A stretch of 64,000 bases of DNA, from positions 17,332 to 81,331 of the IMG/VR virus record IMGVR_UViG_3300037461_000547. One strand, 5' to 3'. Every line of letters begins with the position of its first letter. Position 1 is the stretch's first letter. This document shows, one piece after another, positions 33,918 to 43,706 of this stretch. This stretch comes from a virus. Lineage: Duplodnaviria; Caudoviricetes. The position numbers were made by a program, and so were the translations under genes. A model generated the notes under the pieces. That model ran no database searches. It had not been told where the DNA came from and saw nothing but the letters and a program-made list of their open reading frames with translations.

Positions 33918-34877
33918 TTACTTTGTCAAGTTTGCTTCAATCTCAACAGCTTTCTTTGCAGCATCTGCAGCTTTCTGTTTTTCACGTTCAGCTTTCCGAC
34001 GTTGCTTGGCTTCTTCTCTTGAACGTTTTCGCTGTTCATCTAAAATCTGTGCAGCTTCAATCGACTTCTGATCAAGATGCAGTACCCACTGTAGCGTCAG
34101 CATCGCGGCATCCACAGGATTCTTAACCCCAAACTCTTTAATAAGAGCTGGAAGAATCTGCGGGGTCGTCAATTCAGATTTGAGGACAGAAACTTTCTGG
34201 AGGTGTGCAATCGGAACAAACTCAGCAGCTTCAACTTTCTTACCCTGCCGACGGGCTTCCCGAATCTCTTTTGCGCGTTGCTGAATGAGGGGTACAAACT
34301 CATTGGGCTTCATCGTTTGTGCCCTATCAACGAAGGCAGCTTGTTCATCCGGCGGGAGTTTAGCAAGGGCATACGCGTTGGAAAGATTGATTTTTTCCTC
34401 ATCGACAAGTGCGCCGATATTCTTGTCAAGGCGAAGTAAGCCAAGACGCTCGCCAACCCAAGTAGGACTCTTTGACAATTTTGTAGCCAGCTCGGAAATT
34501 GTCATTGTCGCGTTGCAACCCAAAATCTTCTGCAACTGTTTGCTGTACTCGACGGGCTTAGTTTCAATGCGGTGAACATTTGCTAAGACCTGTGCCTCAA
34601 GGACTTGTGCGTCCGAGAGTTTCATAATGTGAACTGGGATTTCGGGAATCCCTGCGTCACAGCACGCCGAAAAACGCTGGAGACCATCAACCAACTCAAA
34701 GAAATCTTTGCCGTCAACACTCTTGGGGCGGACAACGATCGGGTTCAATAATCCGTTCTGTTTGATTGACGCCATCAAATTTTGATAATCTTCAGCTTCC
34801 TTGTTTACGCCACGCAAAGCAACTTCATTCGGGACGATTTCGGTAATCGCAATTGTTTTAACTTCTGTCTTTTGCAT
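33918..34877 (-). CDS. ParB-like protein, first gene of the - block
   Basis: LMASIKQNGLLNPIVV...LVDGLQRFSA...ANVHR plus HTH ISELATKLSKSPTWV. Confidence 0.88.
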   Translation of the reverse strand: MQKTEVKTIAITEIVPNEVALRGVNKEAEDYQNLMASIKQNGLLNPIVVRPKSVDGKDFFELVDGLQRFSACCDAGIPEIPVHIMKLSDAQVLEAQVLANVHRIETKPVEYSKQLQKILGCNATMTISELATKLSKSPTWVGERLGLLRLDKNIGALVDEEKINLSNAYALAKLPPDEQAAFVDRAQTMKPNEFVPLIQQRAKEIREARRQGKKVEAAEFVPIAHLQKVSVLKSELTTPQILPALIKEFGVKNPVDAAMLTLQWVLHLDQKSIEAAQILDEQRKRSREEAKQRRKAEREKQKAADAAKKAVEIEANLTK

Positions 34878-34879
34878 TT

Positions 34880-35278
34880 TGAATGTTACTCCAATAAATA
34901 GTGTTAATTTTCTTTTTCCCGATTCACTGAATCATATTGCCCTAACTCTGAAATCAAATCCAACGATGTGATTGCCCAATCGTAATCGTGGGATTACAGT
35001 GAATAAAGGGGCTTTCATTATATTATCGCCGAAAATGGCGTACATTTTCAGAAAATAAAAAAATTATTTTCTATTTTTGCATATAATAGAACACGCGGGC
35101 GCGACTGTTTTTCAAATCCTTTTTTATATACATTTTATTTTATTTTATTTTATATATAAAGGATTGAAAAATAGTAATCGGGTCGGCGATAATATAGGGG
35201 CGATATATACTTTTGAGTTAATCGAATCAACTTTTGATTCGATTTGCGAACTATTTATTTCCGATTGAATGAATCGTA
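34880..35278. promoter_or_regulatory. Divergent control region, candidate replication origin
   Basis: AT-rich core (35119-35160); inverted 14-mers TCGGCGATAATATA at 35019-35032 (-) and 35183-35196 (+); palindromes at 34921, 34970 and 35220-35244. Confidence 0.65.
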
Positions 35279-35293
35279 ATGAAAGGAAAAGAA

Positions 35294-38032
35294 ATGGCGG
35301 TTACAAGAACAACAGCAATTAAAAATTTCCTGATTGCGCGAACACGTCCCGATTTGGCTAATCTCTATGATATGTCAATGGAGTGCCAAGTTAATGTCGC
35401 ACAGGATGGCGGTGAAAGGATTGAAGGGACATATAGAGGGCGTCAATGGCATGGATGGTCAAACGGTGTTCAAACTTGGAAAAGTTTTCGTATCCCGTAC
35501 AATGCAAATAAAAATCCAGAATATGAAGATGTTGAATTAAAATTCGATTTAGCTGAACATGCTGAAGGCATCGGGATGACTGGGTGGGATTGGAAACACA
35601 AAGTAAGTAAATGGGTTGCTTTTGACTTCGATGCTATAATCGGCCACACTGGAAGTAAAGCATTAAATACACGAAGTGAGATTCAGCAAATCGCGGATGC
35701 TGCGTGTGGTATCCCGTGGGTTACTGTAAGATCGTCAACATCTGGAAGTGGATTACATTTGTATGTTTTTCTTAATCCTGTTGTTAATACGGATAATCAC
35801 AATGAACATGCTGCCCTCGCGCGTTCTATTTTAGGTGTAATGTCCGCGATGACAGGGTTTGATTTTAGTGCTAAAGTGGATGCCTGTGGTGGTAATATGT
35901 GGGTTTGGCATAGACGTATGACTAACGACGGACTACGATGCACGAAATCGGGTGTAGCTTTGTCTGAAGTACCTGTTAATTGGAGAGACCATCTTAATGT
36001 TATTTCAGGACAACGGAAAAAGACGATTCCAAACAATTTACAAAACATTCCAACAAGAGATGATTCGTCTAATCTTTCGGAAACTGAACGAATTTTTGAA
36101 GAACTCACAGGACAAAGACCGAATATCTTACTTGATATAACACATAAAAAACTCATTGACTTTATACGAGATTCAGGATACATTTGGTGGTGGGATGCAG
36201 ACAATCATATGCTTGTTACGCACACATGTGCACTTGCTGATGCACATTTAGCACTCTCACTCAGGGGTCTTTTTAAGACGTCCTCACCTAATTCTGACCC
36301 ACACACTCAAAATTGTTTCTGCTTCCCACTTCCCGATGGCGGATGGATTGTCCGACGATTCACACCAGGTGTTCAGGAAGCAGATACTTGGTCGCAAGAT
36401 GCTGGAGGTTGGACACGATGTTATTTTAATGTTGAACCTGATTTAAAAACAGCGGCACGTTCTTTTGAAGGCGTTGAGCATGATAAAAAGGGCTTCATTT
36501 TCCGTCATGCCGAGATGGCCGTACGAACCGCAGAAGCCGTAAATGTTTACCCGAATCTCCCGAATTGGGCGATGGCGCGTGAAGCAACGATTAAACGACA
36601 CAAAGACGGACGTATGATTTTCGAAATCAAGCGTGAAGCAACTGACCATTATGACGATATGAAAGGATGGTTGGCCGAAAAAGATGTTTGGCGTAAAATC
36701 TTTGATAGAGTTGTTGATGTTGACAGGATGGAGATTGGAAATTTTGACAACATTGTTCGGCATATCGTCACTGAATCTGGCGAAGATTGTGGGTGGTCAA
36801 TTAAATCAGATGAAGTTTGGCGGAGTGAACCGCTTAACCATGTTAAAGTTGCATTGAAATCTATGGGCCACAACCCGCAAGAGGTTGACCAAATCTTGGG
36901 TTCGAGTATTTTCCAATGTTGGGAATTGGTGAACAGACCCTTTGACCCTGAATATCCTGGGAATAGGAAATGGAATAAGGGTGCTGCACAATTTAGATTC
37001 ACGCCATCACAAACGCGCGACGATTTGAAATATCCGACGTGGGAGAAAATTCTTAATCACGTTGGCATTGGTTTGGATTCAGCAGTTTCCGACAGTGATT
37101 GGTGTAAAACAAACGGAATAATTTCTGGCGCGGATTATCTTATGTGTTGGGTCGCATCTTTATTCCAAGAGCCCCGCGAACCACTCCCGTATTTATTTTT
37201 GCATGGACCGCAGAACAGTGGTAAAAGTATTTTACATGAAGCACTCAGTCTTTTACTCACGACAGGGTATCAACGTGCAGATAACTGTTTATCCAGCTCA
37301 TCGATTTTTAATGGTGAATTGGAAAATGCTGTCATCTGTGTTGTGGAAGAAACAGACTTGAAACGTAATAAAGTTGCGTATAACCGTATTAAGGATTGGG
37401 TAACATCGAAACATTTGAATATCCGACATCTGTACCGAAGCCCATATCATGTGCCTAACACAACACACTGGATACATTGTGCTAATGACGCATCTGCTTG
37501 TCCTGTATTTGCAGGTGATACACGAATAACAATGTGTTACGTGGATGCATTAAATCCTGGTGACGCAATTCCTAAAAAATATTTATTTCCGAAATTAGAG
37601 TCTGAAGCGCCAGATTTCTTGGCGCGTGTTTTATTCCTTGAAATTCCAAAAACCAACGACCGTCTAAATATTCCTGTACTGATGACCAGTGATAAGGAAT
37701 TTTTACAATCACAAAATCAGTCAAGCGTTGAAATGTTTTTCGATGATTGTGCATATTATGTTGAAGGTGAAATGATTAGTTTTTCTGATGTTTATGAAAA
37801 GTTTCTTGAATGGCTTGACCCCGCTGAAATTCACGATTGGTCGAAAATTAAATTCGGGCGTGAGTTACCTTCAGTATATCCTAAAGGACGTAGGATTTCT
37901 GATGGTACACACTGGATTGGGAATCTGTCTTTCGAACCTAAAGAATCCACAGCCCCAAAACTGATTGTACGTCAAGGAAAACTTGTCCCTGCAGGAGAAC
38001 ATAGCGATGGCACGACCAATAAACAAGAATAA
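35294..38032 (+). CDS. Primase-helicase (primpol-like N-terminus, SF3 helicase C-terminus)
   Basis: AFDFD and SSTSGSGLHLY; Walker A HGPQNSGKS, Walker B VVEE. Confidence 0.85.
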   Translation: MAVTRTTAIKNFLIARTRPDLANLYDMSMECQVNVAQDGGERIEGTYRGRQWHGWSNGVQTWKSFRIPYNANKNPEYEDVELKFDLAEHAEGIGMTGWDWKHKVSKWVAFDFDAIIGHTGSKALNTRSEIQQIADAACGIPWVTVRSSTSGSGLHLYVFLNPVVNTDNHNEHAALARSILGVMSAMTGFDFSAKVDACGGNMWVWHRRMTNDGLRCTKSGVALSEVPVNWRDHLNVISGQRKKTIPNNLQNIPTRDDSSNLSETERIFEELTGQRPNILLDITHKKLIDFIRDSGYIWWWDADNHMLVTHTCALADAHLALSLRGLFKTSSPNSDPHTQNCFCFPLPDGGWIVRRFTPGVQEADTWSQDAGGWTRCYFNVEPDLKTAARSFEGVEHDKKGFIFRHAEMAVRTAEAVNVYPNLPNWAMAREATIKRHKDGRMIFEIKREATDHYDDMKGWLAEKDVWRKIFDRVVDVDRMEIGNFDNIVRHIVTESGEDCGWSIKSDEVWRSEPLNHVKVALKSMGHNPQEVDQILGSSIFQCWELVNRPFDPEYPGNRKWNKGAAQFRFTPSQTRDDLKYPTWEKILNHVGIGLDSAVSDSDWCKTNGIISGADYLMCWVASLFQEPREPLPYLFLHGPQNSGKSILHEALSLLLTTGYQRADNCLSSSSIFNGELENAVICVVEETDLKRNKVAYNRIKDWVTSKHLNIRHLYRSPYHVPNTTHWIHCANDASACPVFAGDTRITMCYVDALNPGDAIPKKYLFPKLESEAPDFLARVLFLEIPKTNDRLNIPVLMTSDKEFLQSQNQSSVEMFFDDCAYYVEGEMISFSDVYEKFLEWLDPAEIHDWSKIKFGRELPSVYPKGRRISDGTHWIGNLSFEPKESTAPKLIVRQGKLVPAGEHSDGTTNKQE

Positions 38033-38522
38033 AATGACGTTTTATCCACAGATGATACCAATCTTAAAAGCCGCAGCGTTTTTAACATGGAAGGCACACA
38101 AAGTTTTAATGCAAGAAGTAGGTATAGATGAGGATGATCTTATTCAAATTGGATGGTTGCGCGTAGGTAGATTTCTTAAATCTGAAGAACAATTAAAATA
38201 CATGTTCTTAAACGCAAAATCTTGTATGTTTCGTTACTTAGTTTACATGCATGCTAAACGCAATCGTCTTACATTAGTAAGGATACCTGACTTGTCTGAA
38301 GATATGTCACATAAACTGGCTTCAAAAGATAAAATAGAAATACCTGTGATTCAACAACTTTTAGAGTTAAAACAATTAACAGACAGACATAAAAGTATTC
38401 TATATTATTTCTACATTAAAAAACACACATTAAAGGAAATAGGTGAAATTTTAGGTATTAGTCGTGAACGTGTCAGACAATTAAAAAGAGAGGCGTTGCA
38501 AATTAGTAGAGGACTATTATGA
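38007..38522 (+). CDS. Sigma70 region-4 / sigma-like protein
   Basis: LTDRHKSILYYFY...TLKEIGEILGISRERVRQL. Confidence 0.8.
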   Translation: MARPINKNKMTFYPQMIPILKAAAFLTWKAHKVLMQEVGIDEDDLIQIGWLRVGRFLKSEEQLKYMFLNAKSCMFRYLVYMHAKRNRLTLVRIPDLSEDMSHKLASKDKIEIPVIQQLLELKQLTDRHKSILYYFYIKKHTLKEIGEILGISRERVRQLKREALQISRGLL

Positions 38523-39046
38523 TGAACGATGTTAAAGACAGTGGTGAACGAAGAACGTTTGAAACAGGTGCACAACGTGATCGTGCGTTTGGTAAGGGTC
38601 TACCAACTTTAATAAGTCCAATTTTTGTACGAGATTTAATTGCAAAAACAAATCCCGGACCTTTGGAAGGGGATTTATTGGCGCTTGATATTGCCTATGA
38701 AATTCTTGAAACTGGTGATTGGACTAAAGCATTAGACATCTTCGATGCACTCACATCGGACTATCCTTCGGGTCTACGTTTATTATCTTACCAGTTAGAG
38801 AAAGGTGCTGCGAAATATAGTGCAAGGAATTGGGAAAAAGGCATGCCTTTGGAAGAATATCTGAACTCTTTGATTCGCCACATCCTTGCAGTTATAGAGG
38901 GTAAAAATGATGAACCACATTTAGACGCGGCGCTTTTCAATGCGATGGCACTTTATCATACAGGTAAAATGATTCAACGTTGTTTGCTACCTTCTACGCT
39001 GGATAATTTGCCGAAACCAATCAATTATGTAAGAGAGATAATTTAA
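38519..39046 (+). CDS. dATP/dGTP diphosphohydrolase-like (DUF5664)
   Basis: RTFETGAQRD...GAAKYSARNWEKGM...SLIRH...HL. Confidence 0.8.
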   Translation: MMNDVKDSGERRTFETGAQRDRAFGKGLPTLISPIFVRDLIAKTNPGPLEGDLLALDIAYEILETGDWTKALDIFDALTSDYPSGLRLLSYQLEKGAAKYSARNWEKGMPLEEYLNSLIRHILAVIEGKNDEPHLDAALFNAMALYHTGKMIQRCLLPSTLDNLPKPINYVREII

Positions 39047-39249
39047 TGGACTTCTATGTTGAACAATCAAACTATCAACCTGATGTGCTGTGTCCTAATT
39101 GCAGGTGTTCACTTGCTGTTGAAGATTTAAGATGTTATGAGGGCAAAGTGGATTGTGAAGAAAAACACACGTGTTCATGTTGTGGGCTTCCGTACAACTT
39201 AATATGTAGGATAGAAACGATTTATGAAACGGAGAAAGTAAATGACTGA
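39046..39249 (+). CDS. Small zinc-ribbon protein
   Basis: CPNC...CSCC. Confidence 0.7.
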   Translation: MDFYVEQSNYQPDVLCPNCRCSLAVEDLRCYEGKVDCEEKHTCSCCGLPYNLICRIETIYETEKVND

Positions 39250-39805
39250 GACATTCGACTTATTGGCAGCTTTTGCAGATTTGGATAATCTGACAAAACT
39301 ACCACCCAACAAAATACTCTATTCCAACGGTAACTATGATGAATGTTATACACCGCCGTATGCTGTATATCCGCTTGTGAAATATGTCCCCAAAGATACT
39401 ATTATTTGGTGCCCGTTCGATACGCTTGAAAGTGCATTTGTTAAAATTTTAAGTAAAACAAACATTGTATTTAGGAGCCATATTTCAGATGGTCAGGATT
39501 TTTATACATTCACACCGCCCATTCATTGGGACATGATTATAAGTAATCCGCCATTCACAAATAAAAGACAGATATTTGAGCGTGCGTTGTCGTTTGGAAA
39601 ACCTTTTGCTTTGTTAATGTCTAACACATGGCTCAATGACGCAGCACCTAAACAAATATTCAAACATAAAGATTTGCAACTTTTAATGTTTGAAGAACGT
39701 ATTGATTTTACAGGTACTGAAAAAATACCATTTAGTAGTAGTTATTTTTGTTGGAATTTTTTACCCAAACAAATTATAATGGAAAGTTTGAAAGGATATT
39801 TATGA
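39242..39805 (+). CDS. Phage N6-adenine-type methyltransferase
   Basis: YTPPY, WCPFD and ISNPPF motifs. Confidence 0.8.
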   Translation: MTETFDLLAAFADLDNLTKLPPNKILYSNGNYDECYTPPYAVYPLVKYVPKDTIIWCPFDTLESAFVKILSKTNIVFRSHISDGQDFYTFTPPIHWDMIISNPPFTNKRQIFERALSFGKPFALLMSNTWLNDAAPKQIFKHKDLQLLMFEERIDFTGTEKIPFSSSYFCWNFLPKQIIMESLKGYL

Positions 39806-39848
39806 CTGAGAAATTCGACTTATTGGCAGCCTTTGCAGATTTGGATAA
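39242..39848 (+). repeat. 47-bp duplicated gene start shared by two methyltransferases
   Basis: 39242-39288 versus 39802-39848, 45/47 identical. Confidence 0.95.
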
Positions 39849-40683
39849 ATCAGACGAAACACGGGAAACAATTCTTCGTGCGCCGTTCAGTTATCCAGGC
39901 GGTAAATCGCGCTCTGTGGAAACAATTACACAACATTTACCGATTAAAAAGATTTACGTTGAACCGTTTGGCGGAAGTGGCGCTGTTCTTCTTGCACGCC
40001 AGAAAAGCAAATTAGAGATATTCAATGATAGATATGCAGGCGTTGTTGCACTATATCGTGTTATCCGAGACCCGCAAAAGTTAGAACAATTCCTTGACAG
40101 GATGCGTGCAATCATACACTCACGTGAGGAGTTTCGATGGTGTAAGGATACCTGGAAGACATGTGCAGATGATGTTGAACGGGCAGCACGTTGGTATTAT
40201 ATGACAATGTGTTCTTTCAGTTCTTTAGGGAGAAACTTCGGACGCTCAACGTCGGGTTCTAATAATATGATGTCAAAAATCAGAAATAAATTCCCAGATT
40301 TCTGGCCACTTCACGACCGCATCAAGGACGTTACTTTCGAAAATCAGGATTGGGAACAAATAGTGTATGACTATGATAATGAAGATGCTGTCTTTTATAT
40401 GGACCCACCATATCTAACTGCATATAAAGGCACATACAAACATGAAATGACGTATGATGAACACCGGCACTTGCTTGATGTAATTATGAAAATGAAAGCG
40501 TTTGTTGCAGTAAGTGGTTTTAGTAATGAACTTTACGACAGTTATAAGTGGGATGAAAAATATACTTGGGATGTTAACCAATCGATTAAAGCTATGGCTT
40601 TCCATGAAGAAAATTATAAGGCAGAATTGAAAGATTTAGCAACACGTGAAACACAGGAGGAAGTTTTGTGGATAAAGCATTAG
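39802..40683 (+). CDS. Dam-like (D12 class) DNA adenine methyltransferase
   Basis: YPGGKS, VEPFGGSG, FYMDPPY and EEVLW motifs. Confidence 0.92.
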   Translation: MTEKFDLLAAFADLDKSDETRETILRAPFSYPGGKSRSVETITQHLPIKKIYVEPFGGSGAVLLARQKSKLEIFNDRYAGVVALYRVIRDPQKLEQFLDRMRAIIHSREEFRWCKDTWKTCADDVERAARWYYMTMCSFSSLGRNFGRSTSGSNNMMSKIRNKFPDFWPLHDRIKDVTFENQDWEQIVYDYDNEDAVFYMDPPYLTAYKGTYKHEMTYDEHRHLLDVIMKMKAFVAVSGFSNELYDSYKWDEKYTWDVNQSIKAMAFHEENYKAELKDLATRETQEEVLWIKH

Positions 40684-41378
40684 ACCTATATTGTGGTGCC
40701 GGTGGCGCGTCACAAGGATTAGCAAAAGCTGGCTTCGATGTGACTGGTGTTGATATTGCGTTTCAACCAAACTATCTTTTTAATTTTATCCAAAAAGATG
40801 TTATGAAACTCGACATTGAATTTCTAAAATCTTTCGACCTTATTTGGGCGTCCCCACCTTGTCAAGCATATACTGCGTTGCGTACATGCGGCCATCAAGA
40901 GCGTGAGTATCCTGATTTAATAGATGCGACACGGCAAATGCTGAAGAAATCAGGGAAACCATATATCATTGAGAATGTGGTCGGCGCCCCTTTATTCGAG
41001 TGTGTTATGTTGTGTGGTACAATGTTTAAGTTACAAACCCAAGATGGCGCGCAACTCATCAGACACAGAATATTTGAAACAACGTTCTTAGTTGATCAAC
41101 CTATCTGTAACCATAAATCAGGTTCGGCAATCGGTGTCTATGGTGGTGGTCAAAATCCACATAGGAAAAAGATTCAGAGCATCGGTGTTTATGGAAACTC
41201 TGGTGGATCATCTTCACGGGATGGACTTACATTTTACGGCGCGCGTGCTCGTGAATACGCTATGGGAATAAGTTGGATGTCACCAAAAGAACTTTCACAA
41301 GCAATACCACCTGCCTATTCTTATTATTTGGCAGAACAATTCAAAAAATATGGACATGAAATTATTTACAGGAGATAA
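40668..41378 (+). CDS. DNA cytosine-C5 methyltransferase
   Basis: LDLYCGAGG, ASPPCQ, IENV and RHRIFE motifs. Confidence 0.88.
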   Translation: MDKALDLYCGAGGASQGLAKAGFDVTGVDIAFQPNYLFNFIQKDVMKLDIEFLKSFDLIWASPPCQAYTALRTCGHQEREYPDLIDATRQMLKKSGKPYIIENVVGAPLFECVMLCGTMFKLQTQDGAQLIRHRIFETTFLVDQPICNHKSGSAIGVYGGGQNPHRKKIQSIGVYGNSGGSSSRDGLTFYGARAREYAMGISWMSPKELSQAIPPAYSYYLAEQFKKYGHEIIYRR

Positions 41379-41379
41379 T

Positions 41380-41994
41380 ATGAATTTAATACATCTCAAT
41401 GGTAATATAATGTGTGCGGTTGATGTTGAAACTACAGGGTTAGATGTACAACAACATGATATTGTTGAAATCTGCGTACTTCCTTTGAACGCAAATCTTG
41501 ACCCTATTCAAACAAAATTTCCTTTTGACATGCTTTTACAACCTGGGCGCCCACAGAATATCGATCCAAGAGCTACACGCACACACAAGCATAAATTAGT
41601 TGAATTGATGACATCCGGTATTGAACAGTTTAAGGCGGCAGATTTATTTGATGAGTGGTTTGAAAAATTAGATTTGCCGTTCGGAAAGAAAATTGTGCCA
41701 CTTGCACATAACTGGCCTTTTGACCATGGATTTATACAAGCGTGGCTGGGCATCGAACATTTTAATCACTATTTTTCACCGCTTTACCGTGACACAATGG
41801 CTGCTGCCCAGTATTTTAATGACCGTGCAACTTTCCATGCTAATGAAATACCTTTCAATAAAGTAACACTTTCTTATCTTGCTTCACAACTGTACGTTCC
41901 ACATGAACATTCTCATAATGCGTTAAACGATTGCTTGACTACTGCGGCGGTATACAAGAAGTTAATGTTTCACGGCCCGTCTCTGCTGGCGTAA
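41380..41994 (+). CDS. DEDDh 3'-5' exonuclease (DnaQ/RNase T-like)
   Basis: VDVETTG, AHNWPFD, HNALND. Confidence 0.88.
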   Translation: MNLIHLNGNIMCAVDVETTGLDVQQHDIVEICVLPLNANLDPIQTKFPFDMLLQPGRPQNIDPRATRTHKHKLVELMTSGIEQFKAADLFDEWFEKLDLPFGKKIVPLAHNWPFDHGFIQAWLGIEHFNHYFSPLYRDTMAAAQYFNDRATFHANEIPFNKVTLSYLASQLYVPHEHSHNALNDCLTTAAVYKKLMFHGPSLLA

Positions 41995-42691
41995 AAACAG
42001 TATATTCAACATTGTTGAGCGCATTAAGTAGAGCTTGTCGATGGTTCAAAAATCTTCTTTGGTCTGTATACACTTGATTTAATGAATCTTTGACACAGTT
42101 TGCATAAGTTATTTTCCCCAAAAACGCACCATCGAAAGCTGCCATTATGATGCGACTGCATCCAAGATATTTTGCAAGACCCACACCTAAACATCCGACG
42201 GGCGTCCATGTTGGAATGTCTAACTCTTTAGGATTTGGAACATATAATAAATGTGCATCATTGTAAAAATGTGCACAATTTGCCAAAATAACTGGTGTTG
42301 AAAACGGATTGTAATTTCTTTTTGCTACAGGGTCGCATTGAACGTTGTATATACATTTATGTTGTGAAACTTCTACAACTTTATGTACGGCATTGTTACA
42401 CGCAATTAGTACATCTGCCATAGCATAATCTTCTTTGGTTAAATGATCTAAACTTGGGCCTTTACCGATTACCATCGCGATCAGGCCCTTTTTTATGTCC
42501 TTTAATTCCTGTGTAGGTCTATAATTGAAAGGAACTAAATACCAAACCTCTTTCTTAGGATTCAGGCGATGTATTCCTGATGTATTATCGAGCGTTTGTA
42601 TTTGTGTTTTGTCTTTCCGTGACAACCAAAAAGGCCCCATTTCAGTAAGCCCATGTAAATTTTTGCAACCGAACTTTCCTTCAAATTTCAT
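41939..42691 (-). CDS. DUF115/Maf-like (glycosyltransferase-related) protein
   Basis: VIGKGPSL...ACNNA...LGCSRIIMAAFDG. Confidence 0.65.
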   Translation of the reverse strand: MKFEGKFGCKNLHGLTEMGPFWLSRKDKTQIQTLDNTSGIHRLNPKKEVWYLVPFNYRPTQELKDIKKGLIAMVIGKGPSLDHLTKEDYAMADVLIACNNAVHKVVEVSQHKCIYNVQCDPVAKRNYNPFSTPVILANCAHFYNDAHLLYVPNPKELDIPTWTPVGCLGVGLAKYLGCSRIIMAAFDGAFLGKITYANCVKDSLNQVYTDQRRFLNHRQALLNALNNVEYTVFTPAETGRETLTSCIPPQ

Positions 42692-42701
42692 AGTATCCTC
42701 T

Positions 42702-43706
42702 TTAATAAACGTTCTTATTTATAATACTTCTATTTAAGACTTGGAAACCATCTTTAGTGTTTAACACAATTGCAAATCCGTGATTCCATTTATTTATGGG
42801 AAGATATTCTGGACGTAAATCACACAAACATCCAACGGACCAACAAGAAATAATTTTACTGTTCATGCTTTTTTCTACGTGTTGCGATGTTTGATGGAAA
42901 TGTCCACACAGCGCATTATCTTTTCCACGTAAATAAAGTCCACGCGCCGGATTAACTGGATTTGAAATCGTACGCCCGAACTCATGTCCATGTATACAAT
43001 TAAGTTTTCCGATTTTGAGAATCCGTTTTTGATCGACGATACGGATTTTAAATCTTCTGGCGTCAATCATTTCTGTGTATTCTAAAGCACGGTATCCTAA
43101 TAATTCAGGTGCTTTAACTCGTAAATAGCGTTCAAGTCTTTCTTCATGATTCCCTAATAAATAATACATATCAACATCAGGGAAAACTTCTCTAAGGATT
43201 TCGAACACTGTCTTACATTTATCAAGTTCTTCTTGAATGTTTCTGAGTCTTGGGTCATTTACCCATCGACTTAGAGAATAGAAATCAATAAAATCTCCAA
43301 GAAAAATGATTGCGGAAATCCCAAATGAATCAGCATACTCTAACGCTGTTTTTAATGCTTCTGTGTTGTGATATGGGACGTGGGCGTCAGATAATATAAG
43401 TGTTGCTTCACTTTCTATATTGATTGGCTCCCACTGACCGTAGTCTCTAAGTCCTTCTGGTAATTTGTCGAAAGGAGAAAAATTAGGGTCGCCACTTATT
43501 ACAGACGTTTTATCTGTCAATTTATTATACGCAGCACGTCCGTGCCTTCCACGTAACTGTCTTATCTTGTCTCTAATTTGTTCAACAGATATAAAGACAG
43601 TTGGATTTTCTTTATATATTTTCTTTGCCAGTGTTAATGACGGTGTCTCTGGAAAATCTTGTAAAACTTTTTTAACAATTTCGTGTTCTATATTACTTTT
43701 TTTCAT
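42702..43706 (-). CDS. Calcineurin-like metallophosphoesterase
   Basis: SDAH, GDFID, GNHE, HGH and GHFH motifs. Confidence 0.9.
   Translation of the reverse strand: MKKSNIEHEIVKKVLQDFPETPSLTLAKKIYKENPTVFISVEQIRDKIRQLRGRHGRAAYNKLTDKTSVISGDPNFSPFDKLPEGLRDYGQWEPINIESEATLILSDAHVPYHNTEALKTALEYADSFGISAIIFLGDFIDFYSLSRWVNDPRLRNIQEELDKCKTVFEILREVFPDVDMYYLLGNHEERLERYLRVKAPELLGYRALEYTEMIDARRFKIRIVDQKRILKIGKLNCIHGHEFGRTISNPVNPARGLYLRGKDNALCGHFHQTSQHVEKSMNSKIISCWSVGCLCDLRPEYLPINKWNHGFAIVLNTKDGFQVLNRSIINKNVY

Noticed and set aside
38519-39046. dZ (2-aminoadenine) genome system
   Set aside because: No purZ in the window, so it cannot be supported from DUF5664 alone.
39242-39848. Diversity-generating retroelement TR/VR pair
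   Set aside because: The repeat is only 47 bp, sits at gene starts, its differences are not adenine-specific, and no reverse transcriptase is present.
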